64,000 nucleotides of DNA from Pseudomonadota bacterium (GTDB lineage: Bacteria > Pseudomonadota > Gammaproteobacteria > Steroidobacterales > MnTg04): the NCBI GenBank assembly GCA_022572885.1, contig JACZVC010000001.1, positions 74,638-138,637 of the forward strand. The letters are read 5' to 3'. Positions within the stretch are counted from its first letter, which is position 1; every line of letters starts with the position of its first letter. The notes under the pieces are model-generated. The model was not told the DNA's origin. It was given only the letters and a program-made list of their open reading frames with translations, and did no database searches. The position numbers were made by a program, and so were the translations under genes. Of this stretch, positions 41,273 through 50,837 are shown in pieces.

Positions 41273-41357
41273 TGGTGGAGGGGGTAGGATTCGAACCTAC
41301 GAAGGCATAGCCAGCAGATTTACAGTCTGCCCCCGTTGACCGCTTGGGTACCCCTCC
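41273..41357 (-). tRNA. tRNA-Tyr (anticodon GTA), long variable arm
   Basis: The reverse complement is GGAGGGGTACCCAAGCGGTCAACGGGGGCAGACTGTAAATCTGCTGGCTATGCCTTCGTAGGTTCGAATCCTACCCCTCCACCA. The anticodon stem-loop is gcaga-CTGTAAA-tctgc. Confidence 0.9.
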
Positions 41358-41374
41358 GCGAATCCAAGCCGGCT

Positions 41375-41403
41375 ATTGTGCTTGGCAAGATAATGCGTGT
41401 CAA
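41375..41403 (-). promoter_or_regulatory. sigma70-type promoter of the tRNA-Tyr/Gly/Thr-tufB operon
   Basis: The minus strand reads TTGACA (41403-41398) - 17 nt - CACAAT (41380-41375). It is followed by a GC-rich discriminator, agccggc, and the tRNA-Tyr 5' end about 17 nt downstream. Confidence 0.45.
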
Positions 41404-41611
41404 CAAAAAGCGGGTAAAATGTCGTTTGCGCCGCATCACCGGCAAGCTATGCCACGAAAGGGCTCGACCACTCAGATGATACCCGCTGGCGGGGTCGGGG
41501 GCAGCCCTGGAAAAGAACATCCTGAATTCTCCCTTATTATGAAAACTGGCGCTTAACAAATGGCCAATCCCGTGCATAATATGCCTGCCGATCCGACGAA
41601 AATAATAAAGG

Positions 41612-41917
41612 ATGGACTGGGTGGCAAAAAAACCTGAGCGAAGAGTCAATCTGCGACACAAGGCAACGACCACGGTGTACTTGTCGATACCCGGAACCGG
41701 TGGCAGACGCTGCATTGCACGCAACGTCAGCTCCAGAGGCGTGTTTGTCGAAACCGACACCCTGGACCTGATGCGCGGCACCCAGGTCGAGCTGATATTC
41801 GCCGTCAACCTGGGCCAGGTAACCCGGATTCACAGACGCCCCGCGGAGATTGCGCATGTCAGCACGGTTGGCGCCGGGCTGCACATGACCCTGACCGGCA
41901 GCGACACCCTTTATTGA
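41612..41917 (+). CDS. PilZ domain protein (putative c-di-GMP receptor)
   Basis: 101 aa. It has both PilZ signature motifs: RRVNLR (RxxxR) near the N-terminus and NVSSRG (D/NxSxxG) about 25 aa later. Confidence 0.7.
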   Translation: MDWVAKKPERRVNLRHKATTTVYLSIPGTGGRRCIARNVSSRGVFVETDTLDLMRGTQVELIFAVNLGQVTRIHRRPAEIAHVSTVGAGLHMTLTGSDTLY

Positions 41918-41984
41918 ATCTGCGGTCATACCGCGGCTTTAGCCTGCCAGTCGTCAAGAATCGCAACAGGCGGTGGCTTGGCCG

Positions 41985-42563
41985 CTAAACGCCGACCGCG
42001 CAGGCAATGCCGGTCCCACCGAGACCGCAGTAACCATCAGGGGTTTTTGCCAGGTACTGCTGGTGGTATTCCTCAGCCAGGTAGAATTCACCGGCCGGCG
42101 TGATTTCCGTCGTTATTTTGCCGAAGCCGGCATGGTTCAGCGGCTGCTGATACGACTCACGGCTTGCCAGGGCCTGCTCCTTCTGCGCCCCGGTGCAGTA
42201 TGCGATCACCGAGCGGTACTGCCTGCCGATATCGTTGCCCTGGCGCATCCCCTGACTCGGGTCATGGCCTTCCCAAAAAACCTTCAATAAGTCCATGTAA
42301 GAAATCTGCGCTGGAAAATACACGATTCTGACGAGCTCGGCATGGCCGGTATCTCCCGAGCAAACATCTTGGTAGCTGGGGTTCTTCGTTTGTCCCCCGC
42401 CATAGCCCGCAGCGGTGGAAAATACGCCCGCCAGCGACCAGTACAATTTTTCGGCGCCCCAGAAACACCCCATACCGAACACCGCCGACTCACTGTCTTC
42501 CGGAAACGGTGGCTGCAATACGTTGCCATTGATGAAATGAATCCAGCGTTTGTCATCCGCCAT
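41985..42563 (-). CDS. msrA: peptide methionine (S)-sulfoxide reductase
   Basis: [13 protein letters not shown]...[31 protein letters not shown] is the MsrA signature. The track start 42572 is a GTG; ATG 42563 with a ggaagg RBS is preferred. Confidence 0.9.
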   Translation of the reverse strand: MADDKRWIHFINGNVLQPPFPEDSESAVFGMGCFWGAEKLYWSLAGVFSTAAGYGGGQTKNPSYQDVCSGDTGHAELVRIVYFPAQISYMDLLKVFWEGHDPSQGMRQGNDIGRQYRSVIAYCTGAQKEQALASRESYQQPLNHAGFGKITTEITPAGEFYLAEEYHQQYLAKTPDGYCGLGGTGIACAVGV

Positions 42564-42568
42564 TTTTG

Positions 42569-43573
42569 TCACCCTTCCCGCGGTCGCAGCATGGTCAGTT
42601 GCTGGCCGATCAATACGCTACGGTCATGTTTCACCGGCTCAAGAACCAGGTCAACGAAACCTTGTTCCCGTGCCAGCGCCACGATGGCCTCGCTCTGCCC
42701 CGCCGGACCCGCCGCTTTGACAAGATCTTCATAGCGCAGCCTGGCGCCGGCAAGTTCCTTTCTGCCCCTGGCCGTTTGTTCGCGGGCCGATGCCATACCC
42801 TTTGGACCCAGGACCTCCAGCGCACGGCTGCCAAATCCCATTGCCAGGCGCAGAGATTCGGGTGAAAAAGACGACGCTGCCTCGGTGCTGAGGCGCGCAG
42901 CTTTTTCGTTGACCTGGTGACGCCTTTTTTCCGCCTCCTCATTACCGGCGGCCGCCCGGCCCTCGTTCATCAGGCTCATTTGCTCGATCAGCGCATCGAC
43001 TGCGTCATAAAATTTCAGCTTTTCGATCAGCTCGATCTGCCGCAACTGCTCGCCGCCCCTGCGCAGCACCTCCGATCCGTGATCGTGCATGATAAAGCAG
43101 GTTCGACCGCCCGGTTTGAGCACTCGCCACAGTTCCGCCAGCGCGTCCGCGTGCCGCGTGTATTCAAATGCATACTGACCGCTGACGCCATCAAACCACT
43201 GATCTACGAAGGGCAGATTTTCGGCCGACGCTGCCGAATGAAAGGTGATCGAGTCAACGAGTGCCGCCTTTTCCTTTAGCGACCGCCGCGGATCTATCGA
43301 GGCCCGGTCTGCCCCGTGAAGTTCAAAATCCCGCTGTTCACTACGCGAATATTCCGCCGCCAACATCGCGATCGCGCCATTGCCGGTGCCAATATCCAGC
43401 AGCCGCGAGCGGGCGGGGAAAACGGAGAAAAACTTCAGCCAGCGGTCGCGCAGTTCGCCCTGATAATTGGTCTCGAAACCATCGACCATCGAGGTCAACG
43501 GACCCGCCGCCCAGTATTCACCCCAAAAATCCTGTTTTTCGTTCAAGCTGCGACTCGTGTTTGCGGAAAACAC
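42569..43573 (-). CDS. class I SAM-dependent methyltransferase with a C-terminal extension
   Basis: 334 aa. Motif I is [17 protein letters not shown] and the post-I region is VSGQYAFEY...[13 protein letters not shown]. About 150 aa of unassigned C-terminal sequence follow. Confidence 0.7.
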   Translation of the reverse strand: MFSANTSRSLNEKQDFWGEYWAAGPLTSMVDGFETNYQGELRDRWLKFFSVFPARSRLLDIGTGNGAIAMLAAEYSRSEQRDFELHGADRASIDPRRSLKEKAALVDSITFHSAASAENLPFVDQWFDGVSGQYAFEYTRHADALAELWRVLKPGGRTCFIMHDHGSEVLRRGGEQLRQIELIEKLKFYDAVDALIEQMSLMNEGRAAAGNEEAEKRRHQVNEKAARLSTEAASSFSPESLRLAMGFGSRALEVLGPKGMASAREQTARGRKELAGARLRYEDLVKAAGPAGQSEAIVALAREQGFVDLVLEPVKHDRSVLIGQQLTMLRPREG

Positions 43574-43648
43574 CGATTGTCACCTGCCGCCCGGCTTTAA
43601 TAAAGTCCCACCTTTAGCTAACCTGCATTTCACCAAGACGGTGGCCCA

Positions 43649-45154
43649 ATGTACGATATCGAATCCATTCGCACACAACTGGATCGCGGCGAACTCGAGC
43701 TGGCCGACGCCGGGATCGAGAAAGCCTTGTCGAAAACCCCTGGCGACGAGGAGCTTCTTGCGCTACGCGGCAGCCTCCGGCATCTCCAGCGCCGCTTCCA
43801 GGCCGCGGCTGAGGATTTCGAGGCGGCTTTGTCAAAGCAACCGGACGAGGCGAACTGGCACAACGCGCTGGGCAAAAGCCTGAACAACCTGCAGCAGACG
43901 ACGGCCGCGGAAAGCGCTTTCCGCCGTTCGCTGGAAATCGAACCCGGTAATGCCGAGCCCTGGCACAACCTGGCCTTCGCGTTGCGTGCCCAGGGCAGGC
44001 ATCACGAGGCAGCAGACGCATTTTCAGAAGCGTTGCAGATCAAACCGGATTATGTGTCCGCGTGGCACAACGCGGGTCTGGTTTATCTGGCCATGGATGA
44101 GCCGGACCAGGCGCTCGCCGCATTTCTCAAGGCGCAGACCCTGGCTGCGGACAGGCCTCGGCTTGCCACCCACATCGGCGTGGCCTTGCACAACCTGGGT
44201 CGTTACGAGGATGCGGTTGCCAGCTACCGGAAAGCGCTGTCGGGGGAACCGGAAGCCGAGGCGCAAAACAACCTGGCCGTCAGTTTGCAGGAACTCGGTC
44301 GTGACGATGAGGCGCTGGCCGCATACCGGGAAGCGGCCGGTCTAGCACCCGATGACCAGGAAATTCAAATCAAGATTGCCAATCTTCTGATCGGCATGGG
44401 CCAGCCGGATCAGGCAATCGCTATCGCCAGGCAATGCCTGGCGCGCGCACCGGGACAAACCGGCGCCCTGGCAGTGGCCGCGGTCGCCGGCCAGGAGCCC
44501 GGTTGCGAACTCATGGACATCGAACTCCTTAATTTCGACAAATTGATTTTTCAGACCGAGCTGGCTGTTGCAAATCATCATGAGTCAACCGAAGAGTTCA
44601 ATCGGACGCTTGCTACCCATATACTCGAACACCCCACGCTGGTTTACGAGCCAGCGGGCCACGCTACACGCCACGGCAGTCACACCGGAGACCTGCTGGC
44701 CGGAGAAAAAGGCCCGGTCGCAATTGTCGAAAAGGAAATCACGGCAGGTGTCGGCCGTTTCCTGGCGACGCTGGACGAGGAGAAGGCAGGATTCCTGTTC
44801 GACGGCAAGCCCGATAGCTGGTGCCTCACGATGTGGGCGGTGGTCATGGATGCGCAGGGACACCAGTTGCCGCATATACACCCGGGGGCCTGGCTAAGCG
44901 GTGTTTATTACGTCCAGGTACCCGAAGAAATAAACGATCATGATGAAAGTAAAGCCGGCTGGATCGAGTTCGGCGCGCCACCGCAAACCATGAATTGCCG
45001 CGGCGAGCACCGTCTGAGAATCTTCCGCCCGGTTGCCGGCAGCTATTTCATCTTTCCCAGTTATTTCTATCATCGGACCATACCTTTCGAGAGCAAACAG
45101 AAAAGAATCTGTATCGCTTTCGATGCAATACCCTCGGAAAAACGCCGGGATTGA
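43649..45154 (+). CDS. TPR-repeat protein fused to a putative 2OG-Fe(II) oxygenase domain (2OG-FeII_Oxy_5-like)
   Basis: 501 aa. The N-terminal ~270 aa are repeated A..F..AL...P....A...LG TPR units. The C-terminus has HIHPGAWLSGVYYVQVP...GWIEFG...FIFPSYFYHRT, resembling the TIGR02466/PF13759 family. Confidence 0.65.
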   Translation: MYDIESIRTQLDRGELELADAGIEKALSKTPGDEELLALRGSLRHLQRRFQAAAEDFEAALSKQPDEANWHNALGKSLNNLQQTTAAESAFRRSLEIEPGNAEPWHNLAFALRAQGRHHEAADAFSEALQIKPDYVSAWHNAGLVYLAMDEPDQALAAFLKAQTLAADRPRLATHIGVALHNLGRYEDAVASYRKALSGEPEAEAQNNLAVSLQELGRDDEALAAYREAAGLAPDDQEIQIKIANLLIGMGQPDQAIAIARQCLARAPGQTGALAVAAVAGQEPGCELMDIELLNFDKLIFQTELAVANHHESTEEFNRTLATHILEHPTLVYEPAGHATRHGSHTGDLLAGEKGPVAIVEKEITAGVGRFLATLDEEKAGFLFDGKPDSWCLTMWAVVMDAQGHQLPHIHPGAWLSGVYYVQVPEEINDHDESKAGWIEFGAPPQTMNCRGEHRLRIFRPVAGSYFIFPSYFYHRTIPFESKQKRICIAFDAIPSEKRRD

Positions 45155-45268
45155 AAAACCACCGGCGACCATCTGGTATATTGGCCCTGGGCAGGAAGAA
45201 GGAACCCGTACGCCAATTAGCGGTCACTGTTTCAGTAGCGATGTTGCGGACATTCGTACAGGGAATAC

Positions 45269-45580
45269 ATGCGAGAAATCAGATCACACACCGGTAATCG
45301 CCGCAGAAATTCGATACGCGCCTTGCTGATTGTGCTGGCAATGGTGTGCGGCCACGCCGCCCTCGCATCACACCAGGCTTTGCACGAAACGTCGGTCGAC
45401 TTGTCAGCCTGCGTGACCTGCCTGGCCATTAACGCCTTTGACGAGTTGTTAGGCAACAACGATGACCGCCTCTCGCTGACAATTGTTCATATCACGGCCG
45501 AAACGGGCGACCGTCCGGCGTCGGCCAACCGAACCCTCTCCCACACCACGATACGCGCGCCGCCTCCGACGATCTCATGA
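45269..45580 (+). CDS. small secreted His/Cys-motif protein (DUF2946-like, tentative)
   Basis: 103 aa. The signal-like N-terminus is RRRNSIRALLIVLAMVCGHAALA|SHQ, followed by HQALHE...C-VT-C. It sits directly upstream of the outer-membrane barrel and metal transporter genes. Confidence 0.4.
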   Translation: MREIRSHTGNRRRNSIRALLIVLAMVCGHAALASHQALHETSVDLSACVTCLAINAFDELLGNNDDRLSLTIVHITAETGDRPASANRTLSHTTIRAPPPTIS

Positions 45581-45633
45581 TTTGCAGTCCATCGCCGCGT
45601 TAAGCGGCGATCATAATTATCGTGGAGTCCCTC

Positions 45634-46878
45634 ATGCACAACAACGCTTCGAAAGTGTTCCCCAGACGCTCGTCTCATCCAGGACCCGGACTGTTTTTTC
45701 AAATCAGCTTATTTCTGACCGCGGCTGGTCTGCTCAATGGCGCGGCTTCCGCACAATCGGTATCCGGAAACCAGTTTAACCCGTCGATCAGCCTGATCCT
45801 CAACGGACAGTATGCGGTATATTCGAATCGTGCCGAAGATTTTGAAATTTCCGGTTTCCTGATCGACGATGAAGCCGGGCCGATCGCCGAAGGATTTTCT
45901 CTTGATGAGTCAGAGCTGGTTATCAGCGCGAATATCGATGACCAGTATTATGGCTTTGTCGATGTGGCGTTTGTGGAGGAAGCCGGCGGCGGGACCGAGG
46001 TCGAGCTGGAAGAAGCCTATTTTCAGACCCTGAACCTGCCATCGGGGCTTACCGTCAAGGGCGGCAAGTTCTTTTCCAGCATCGGTTATCACAACGTCTT
46101 TCATGCGCACACCTGGCATTTTGCCGATGCCCCGCTCGCGTATCAGGCAATGCTCGGTACGACCTTTGCCGACACCGGCTTGCAGCTGCGCTGGCTGGCG
46201 CCGATGAACCGGTTTCTCGAACTGGGCGTCGAGTTTTTCCAGGGCAACAGTTTCCCGGCGGCAAACGATGGCGGCAGCGCCGGCGCATACTCTGTTTTTG
46301 TAAAAACAGGTGGCGACATCGGTATCAGCCACAGCTGGAAAGCGGGCTTGTCGTATCTCGATTACGATGCGCTCGATCGTGATGGTGGAGAGGCCCTGGC
46401 AGACTTGACGTTTGCCGGCGAGGGCGACCTGTTTATCGCCGACTTTGTCTGGAAATGGGCTGAGAACGGCAATCCGCGATCCAGGAATTTCATTATTCAA
46501 AGTGAATACCTGCAACGAGACGAACACGGGCAGGTCGATTTTTTTAACGGGGTTGCCAACGAAAGCGGTCCGTACGACCTGCGCCAGTCGGGATTCTATT
46601 TGCAGGGCATCTATCAATTCAGACCGCGTTGGCGGGTCGGCCTGCGTTATGACCGCCTGTCGTCCAGCAACCAGCTTCCCGCTTTGAGTGTGGTTACGCC
46701 GTTGAGCGACGACGGCAGGAATCCGCGGCGTTTGACCGCGATGGTCGATTTTTCGAATAGCGAATTCAGCCGCCTCAGACTGCAATTCTCCAGGGACGAA
46801 TCTTCGGCCGATAGCGACACGCGAGTGCTGCTGCAATATGTCATGAGCATCGGCGCCCATGGGGCACACCAGTTTTAG
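45634..46878 (+). CDS. outer-membrane beta-barrel protein (porin-like), unknown specificity
   Basis: The track ORF 45622 (GTG) is trimmed to ATG 45634 (ggag RBS). It has a signal peptide ending AASAQS. Alternating-residue beta-strand patterns run throughout, and the C-terminal ...LLQYVMSIGAHGAHQF ends in an aromatic residue as in OM barrels. Confidence 0.6.
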   Translation: MHNNASKVFPRRSSHPGPGLFFQISLFLTAAGLLNGAASAQSVSGNQFNPSISLILNGQYAVYSNRAEDFEISGFLIDDEAGPIAEGFSLDESELVISANIDDQYYGFVDVAFVEEAGGGTEVELEEAYFQTLNLPSGLTVKGGKFFSSIGYHNVFHAHTWHFADAPLAYQAMLGTTFADTGLQLRWLAPMNRFLELGVEFFQGNSFPAANDGGSAGAYSVFVKTGGDIGISHSWKAGLSYLDYDALDRDGGEALADLTFAGEGDLFIADFVWKWAENGNPRSRNFIIQSEYLQRDEHGQVDFFNGVANESGPYDLRQSGFYLQGIYQFRPRWRVGLRYDRLSSSNQLPALSVVTPLSDDGRNPRRLTAMVDFSNSEFSRLRLQFSRDESSADSDTRVLLQYVMSIGAHGAHQF

Positions 46879-46886
46879 GACCAAGC

Positions 46887-47801
46887 ATGGCCATGAAAAA
46901 AATCATTTTGAATATTTTGCTTTTGCCTGCCCTCTTCCTGGCCGGATTCCCGGCGCAAGCGGCGTTACGGGTGTTTACTTGTGAGCCCGAATGGGCGTCA
47001 CTGGCGGAGGAACTCGGCGGTGACAAACTGGATATTTTTTCCGCGACCCGCGCCCAGCAGGATGTCCATTATATCCAGGCCCGGCCCAGCCTGATCGCCC
47101 GGTTGCGGCGCGCTGACCTGATGATCTGCACCGGCGCCGATCTCGAAATCGGCTGGCTGCCGGTGCTGTTGCGCCAGTCGGCCAACCCGAAAGTGCGCCC
47201 CGGGCAGCCGGGTTTTTTCGAAGCGTCCGCGTACGCAAATATGCTGGAGGTTCCCGATTCCGTTGATCGGGCACAAGGCGATGTGCATCCCTTTGGTAAT
47301 CCGCACATTCAACTCGACCCGCGAAACATTAGCAGTGTCGCCGCGGAACTCGCGTTGCGGTTGCAAAGCCTCGACCCGGAAAATGGCGATTACTACAGCC
47401 AGCGTCATGCTGATTTTGAGCGGCGCTGGCAGGAAAAAATCAGCGAATGGAACGAGCGCGCGAAACCACTGGCCGGCATGGGCCTGATCGTTTATCACCG
47501 TAGCTGGGTATACCTCGTTGACTGGCTGGGCCTGCGCGAGGTCGGGGCGCTCGAACCCAAACCGGGTATCCCGCCGAGTACAGGTCATCTGTCCAGTCTT
47601 CTGCGGCAGATAGAAAATCAGGATGTCGCGCTGACCGTACGCTCGGTTTACCAGAGCGCGCGCGCCACAGAATGGCTCTCCAGGCGCAGCGGAGTCCCTG
47701 CGGTTGTCCTCCCGCATACGGTTGGCGCCACCGCTGGCGCGGACGATCTTTTCGGCCTGTTTGACTCGCTGCTCGATATTTTGCTGGAACACCGGCAATG
47801 A
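46887..47801 (+). CDS. metal ABC transporter substrate-binding protein (ZnuA/TroA family)
   Basis: 304 aa with signal peptide MAMKKIILNILLLPALFLAGFPAQA. Family-like blocks are QQDVHYIQARPSLIARLRRADLMI, GDVHPFGNPHIQLDP, VYHRSWVYL and EPKPGIPPSTGHL. Confidence 0.7.
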   Translation: MAMKKIILNILLLPALFLAGFPAQAALRVFTCEPEWASLAEELGGDKLDIFSATRAQQDVHYIQARPSLIARLRRADLMICTGADLEIGWLPVLLRQSANPKVRPGQPGFFEASAYANMLEVPDSVDRAQGDVHPFGNPHIQLDPRNISSVAAELALRLQSLDPENGDYYSQRHADFERRWQEKISEWNERAKPLAGMGLIVYHRSWVYLVDWLGLREVGALEPKPGIPPSTGHLSSLLRQIENQDVALTVRSVYQSARATEWLSRRSGVPAVVLPHTVGATAGADDLFGLFDSLLDILLEHRQ

Positions 47802-48562
47802 ACATGGACGCGCTGGATATCAGTATTCTCGGCCCCGGTTTCCTGGCGGGTCTGCTGGTGCTGGCAACCCACGTGCCGCTCGGCCGGCAGGTCCTCAAAC
47901 GCGGCATCATTTTCATCGATCTGGCGGTTGCCCAGATGGCCGGGCTGGGCGTCGTCGCCGCCAGCGTCCTCGGCTGGGATACGCACGGTGTGGCCGCGCA
48001 GTTTGCGGCCGTTTCGGCGGCGCTGATTGGCGCCGCTTTGCTGACCTGGACCGAGAAGCGCTGCGGCGATGTCCAGGAGGCGATAATCGGCGGCTTGTTC
48101 GTGCTGGCCGCCAGCGGAGGAATTCTGTTGTTGGCCAACAGCCCGCGCGGCGGCGAGGAATTGAAGGACCTGCTGGTGGGTCAGATTCTGTGGGCCGACT
48201 GGCATACGCTGGGCCCGGCCGCCATCGTCAGCGTCGCGGTCTTGCTGGCCTGGTATACGATCCGGGAAAAACTCGGTCGCACCGGTTTCTACCTGCTGTT
48301 CGCGGTCAGCGTGACGGTGTCCGTGCAACTGGTTGGTATTTACCTGGTGTTTGCCAGCCTGATATTGCCGGCGCTCGCCACCCGCAACCTGGGGCGGCGC
48401 GCCGGTCTGACCCAGGCCTACGCGCTGGGCGTGCTGGCCTATTTTTCCGGGCTTGTGTTGTCGGCGTTTTTTGATCTTCCCAGCGGGCCGGTCATCGTCT
48501 GGACGCTGGCCGGGCTGGCATTGATGCTCAGTTTCCGATACAGCAATTCCAGGGAAAGCTGA
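47798..48562 (+). CDS. metal ABC transporter permease (ABC-3 / ZnuB family)
   Basis: 254 aa with ~8 hydrophobic helices, starting FLAGLLVLATHVPLGRQVLKRGIIFIDLAVAQMAGLG. It overlaps the binding-protein gene by 4 nt (ATGA). Confidence 0.7.
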   Translation: MNMDALDISILGPGFLAGLLVLATHVPLGRQVLKRGIIFIDLAVAQMAGLGVVAASVLGWDTHGVAAQFAAVSAALIGAALLTWTEKRCGDVQEAIIGGLFVLAASGGILLLANSPRGGEELKDLLVGQILWADWHTLGPAAIVSVAVLLAWYTIREKLGRTGFYLLFAVSVTVSVQLVGIYLVFASLILPALATRNLGRRAGLTQAYALGVLAYFSGLVLSAFFDLPSGPVIVWTLAGLALMLSFRYSNSRES

Positions 48563-48590
48563 CAGCGCGGCCAGTACCGGGCGGGTGGAA

Positions 48591-50771
48591 TCAGCCACCA
48601 TTCGATTTTGGCAACAGACCATCCAGCGCCAGCACTTTCTCTCTCATTGCCGCCTGGTTGGCCCGCACTTGTACAAGGATCGCCTGGAAATCCGGGTTGG
48701 CTTTCAGGTCATCGAAAAATGGCGTCTCGAGATCGTGAGGAACCGAGTAACCTTTGTCTGCCGCCTGTTGCAGGGTGTACAAAGCGCGGATTCGTTCACC
48801 GGCAAGCGCATAATAGGCGGCGCGCCACTGCTGAAAACTCAGGACATAATAGCGCTGCTCGATGGCATTGCCGATCTGGATACCGACTTTTGCGAGCAGA
48901 TCGCCGGCCAGCGCATCATCACCCACAGCACGTGCAGCCAGAATCAACCAAAGTGCGCTCTCCGTGCTAAAACTCACGTTACCGGTTTCCGGATCGAACG
49001 GGTATTTGGCCAGCGATTCCTTGAGCACGTCGTAGGTCTTTGCGGGTTTGCCATCGAGCAACAACGCCGCCCCCAGCCCCAGGTAATTCGCTTCAGTTGC
49101 TTCCTGCATCCACGCCCCGCGCATGAAAGCGGTCAATTCCCCGTATTGCTTCAACACCAGGAGTCGTTGATAGCCTGCCATCAACAAGTACCGGCTATCC
49201 GGATTGACCTGACGGGTCTGTTCGAGCCATTGCTCGCCCGCATTGGCCACGCCCAGCGCAAACAAGACCGTGCCGATATGACCTGGCGCCCAGGCATCCG
49301 CCGGTCGCAGCACGCGGGTCCTCAGCATTTCCATGATCATGCGGTCGTAGTGGTGAGCGTTCCGATAGTAGGTTGCGGAAATGTCGAAATATCGCGGGTC
49401 ATTGTAGTAACGTTCTCGCAGCTGGCTCAAAGTTTCTTCGATGTGTTCGTTTTCGCCGAAATTGGCCAGATTCGTTTCCACCGCCCCGATACGATTGGGA
49501 TTTTGCGGGTCCAGGTTCGCCAATGTCCGGTTTATCTCCTGGTTCTTTCGAAATCTTCCCTGGGCTAGCAACACGGTCGTGTATTTGCCCAGCGCGCGAA
49601 TATGGCTGGGCGCCAGTTCGAGGGCTCGCTGTAAAGATTCACCGGCCAGCGCGGTCTGATCGAGGCGCAACTGGCGATACCCTTGCGCCGCCCACGCGTC
49701 CGCGTCATTCGGGTTCAATTCGAGCGCCTTCTCGATCAGCGGTCCGCTCAGACGCAGCGACTCGGTGATCGACAGCGAGCCAAACTCGTCCATGTCCAGG
49801 AAGGTACTGGCCAGCAAGGCCATCGCCGCCGCATAGTCCGGTTCCAGTTCGATCGCGCGTTTCAAATAATCGGCCGTCCTTTGCAGCGAACCGGCGACAT
49901 TTTCGTTGAGCTCGGCGCGGCCGCGGAGAAACAGGTCATAGGCCGCAGGATCGATCGCGACTCTTTCCGGGGCAATCTCTTCATCGAGCAACTCGATACG
50001 CAAGGCTTTGACCACCGCCGCCGCGATTTCGTCCTGCAACGCAAAAATATCGGTCAGTTCCCGGTCATAGGTCTCCGACCACAGGTGAAAACCATCCGCC
50101 ACGTTGATCAGCTGTGTGGTTATGCGCACCCGGTTACCGGCACGCCGCACGCTGCCTTCGAGTATATGACCCACCCCCAGTTCTGCGCCGATTTTCTGGA
50201 TATTCTGGTCTCCGCCCCTGTAGACGAAAGACGAAGTCCGCGCCGCCACCCGCAGAGCATCCACCTTGGACAACAGATTGAGCAATTCTTCCGCCAGGCC
50301 ATCGGAAAAATAGTCGGTCTCCGGGTCGGAGCTCATGTTGACTAGCGGTAACACGGCGATCGAATGAGTGCCGTCTTCGGCCGGTACAGGTACCGCTGTG
50401 TCGGATGGTGGTTCTGCATCCTTGAAATAAATGCTGTAGGCGAGCGCAAGCACAAGCGCACCGATGATGACAAAATCGATCTTGCGCCCGGTTTGGCTGG
50501 TAATCGACTGGCTGCGATCGACGTCTTTTTCTTTTTTCAGACCTTCGGGGGTAATCTCGAAAGCCCAGGCCAGGATCAGCGAAACCGGAAACCCCAGAAT
50601 CAGCAACAGAAAAATCAGTTTGGATGACCACTCAGGCACACCGAGTATCGGCACGATCAGATCGGCAACCTGGAGAATCAGCCAGGCGGCGACAAGGTAG
50701 ACGAAGCCGACGCGCAACACATTGCGCCGCCGTAGTTCTTTGAAAAAGCCATCGCCCATCATTATCGCCAT
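48591..50771 (-). CDS. membrane-anchored TolB-N-like / TPR repeat protein
   Basis: 726 aa. The N-terminal anchor is RRRNVLRVGFVYLVAAWLILQVADL...LILAWAFEITPEG. It is followed by IAVLPLVNMSSDPETDYFSDGLAEELLNLLSK (a TolB-N/FlgO-like module) and then long TPR-like repeats. Confidence 0.6.
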   Translation of the reverse strand: MAIMMGDGFFKELRRRNVLRVGFVYLVAAWLILQVADLIVPILGVPEWSSKLIFLLLILGFPVSLILAWAFEITPEGLKKEKDVDRSQSITSQTGRKIDFVIIGALVLALAYSIYFKDAEPPSDTAVPVPAEDGTHSIAVLPLVNMSSDPETDYFSDGLAEELLNLLSKVDALRVAARTSSFVYRGGDQNIQKIGAELGVGHILEGSVRRAGNRVRITTQLINVADGFHLWSETYDRELTDIFALQDEIAAAVVKALRIELLDEEIAPERVAIDPAAYDLFLRGRAELNENVAGSLQRTADYLKRAIELEPDYAAAMALLASTFLDMDEFGSLSITESLRLSGPLIEKALELNPNDADAWAAQGYRQLRLDQTALAGESLQRALELAPSHIRALGKYTTVLLAQGRFRKNQEINRTLANLDPQNPNRIGAVETNLANFGENEHIEETLSQLRERYYNDPRYFDISATYYRNAHHYDRMIMEMLRTRVLRPADAWAPGHIGTVLFALGVANAGEQWLEQTRQVNPDSRYLLMAGYQRLLVLKQYGELTAFMRGAWMQEATEANYLGLGAALLLDGKPAKTYDVLKESLAKYPFDPETGNVSFSTESALWLILAARAVGDDALAGDLLAKVGIQIGNAIEQRYYVLSFQQWRAAYYALAGERIRALYTLQQAADKGYSVPHDLETPFFDDLKANPDFQAILVQVRANQAAMREKVLALDGLLPKSNGG

Positions 50772-50837
50772 ACGCTTGGGTGGCGCTAAACCTAGCAGAA
50801 TTGGGCTATGGGCACAGTGTTTCCGCTAGATAACGGG

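Noticed and set aside
45910-48622. Long minus-strand ORFs (45910..46884, 46998..47798, 47440..48138, 47648..48622) over the metal-uptake cluster.
   Set aside because: They are antisense to plus-strand genes that have signal peptides, family motifs and translational coupling. Their translations are R/P/A/G-rich, as expected for shadow frames.
48585-49568. 327-aa + ORF opposite the TolB-N/TPR gene.
   Set aside because: The minus-strand protein has a coherent domain architecture across the whole region, whereas the plus ORF has none.
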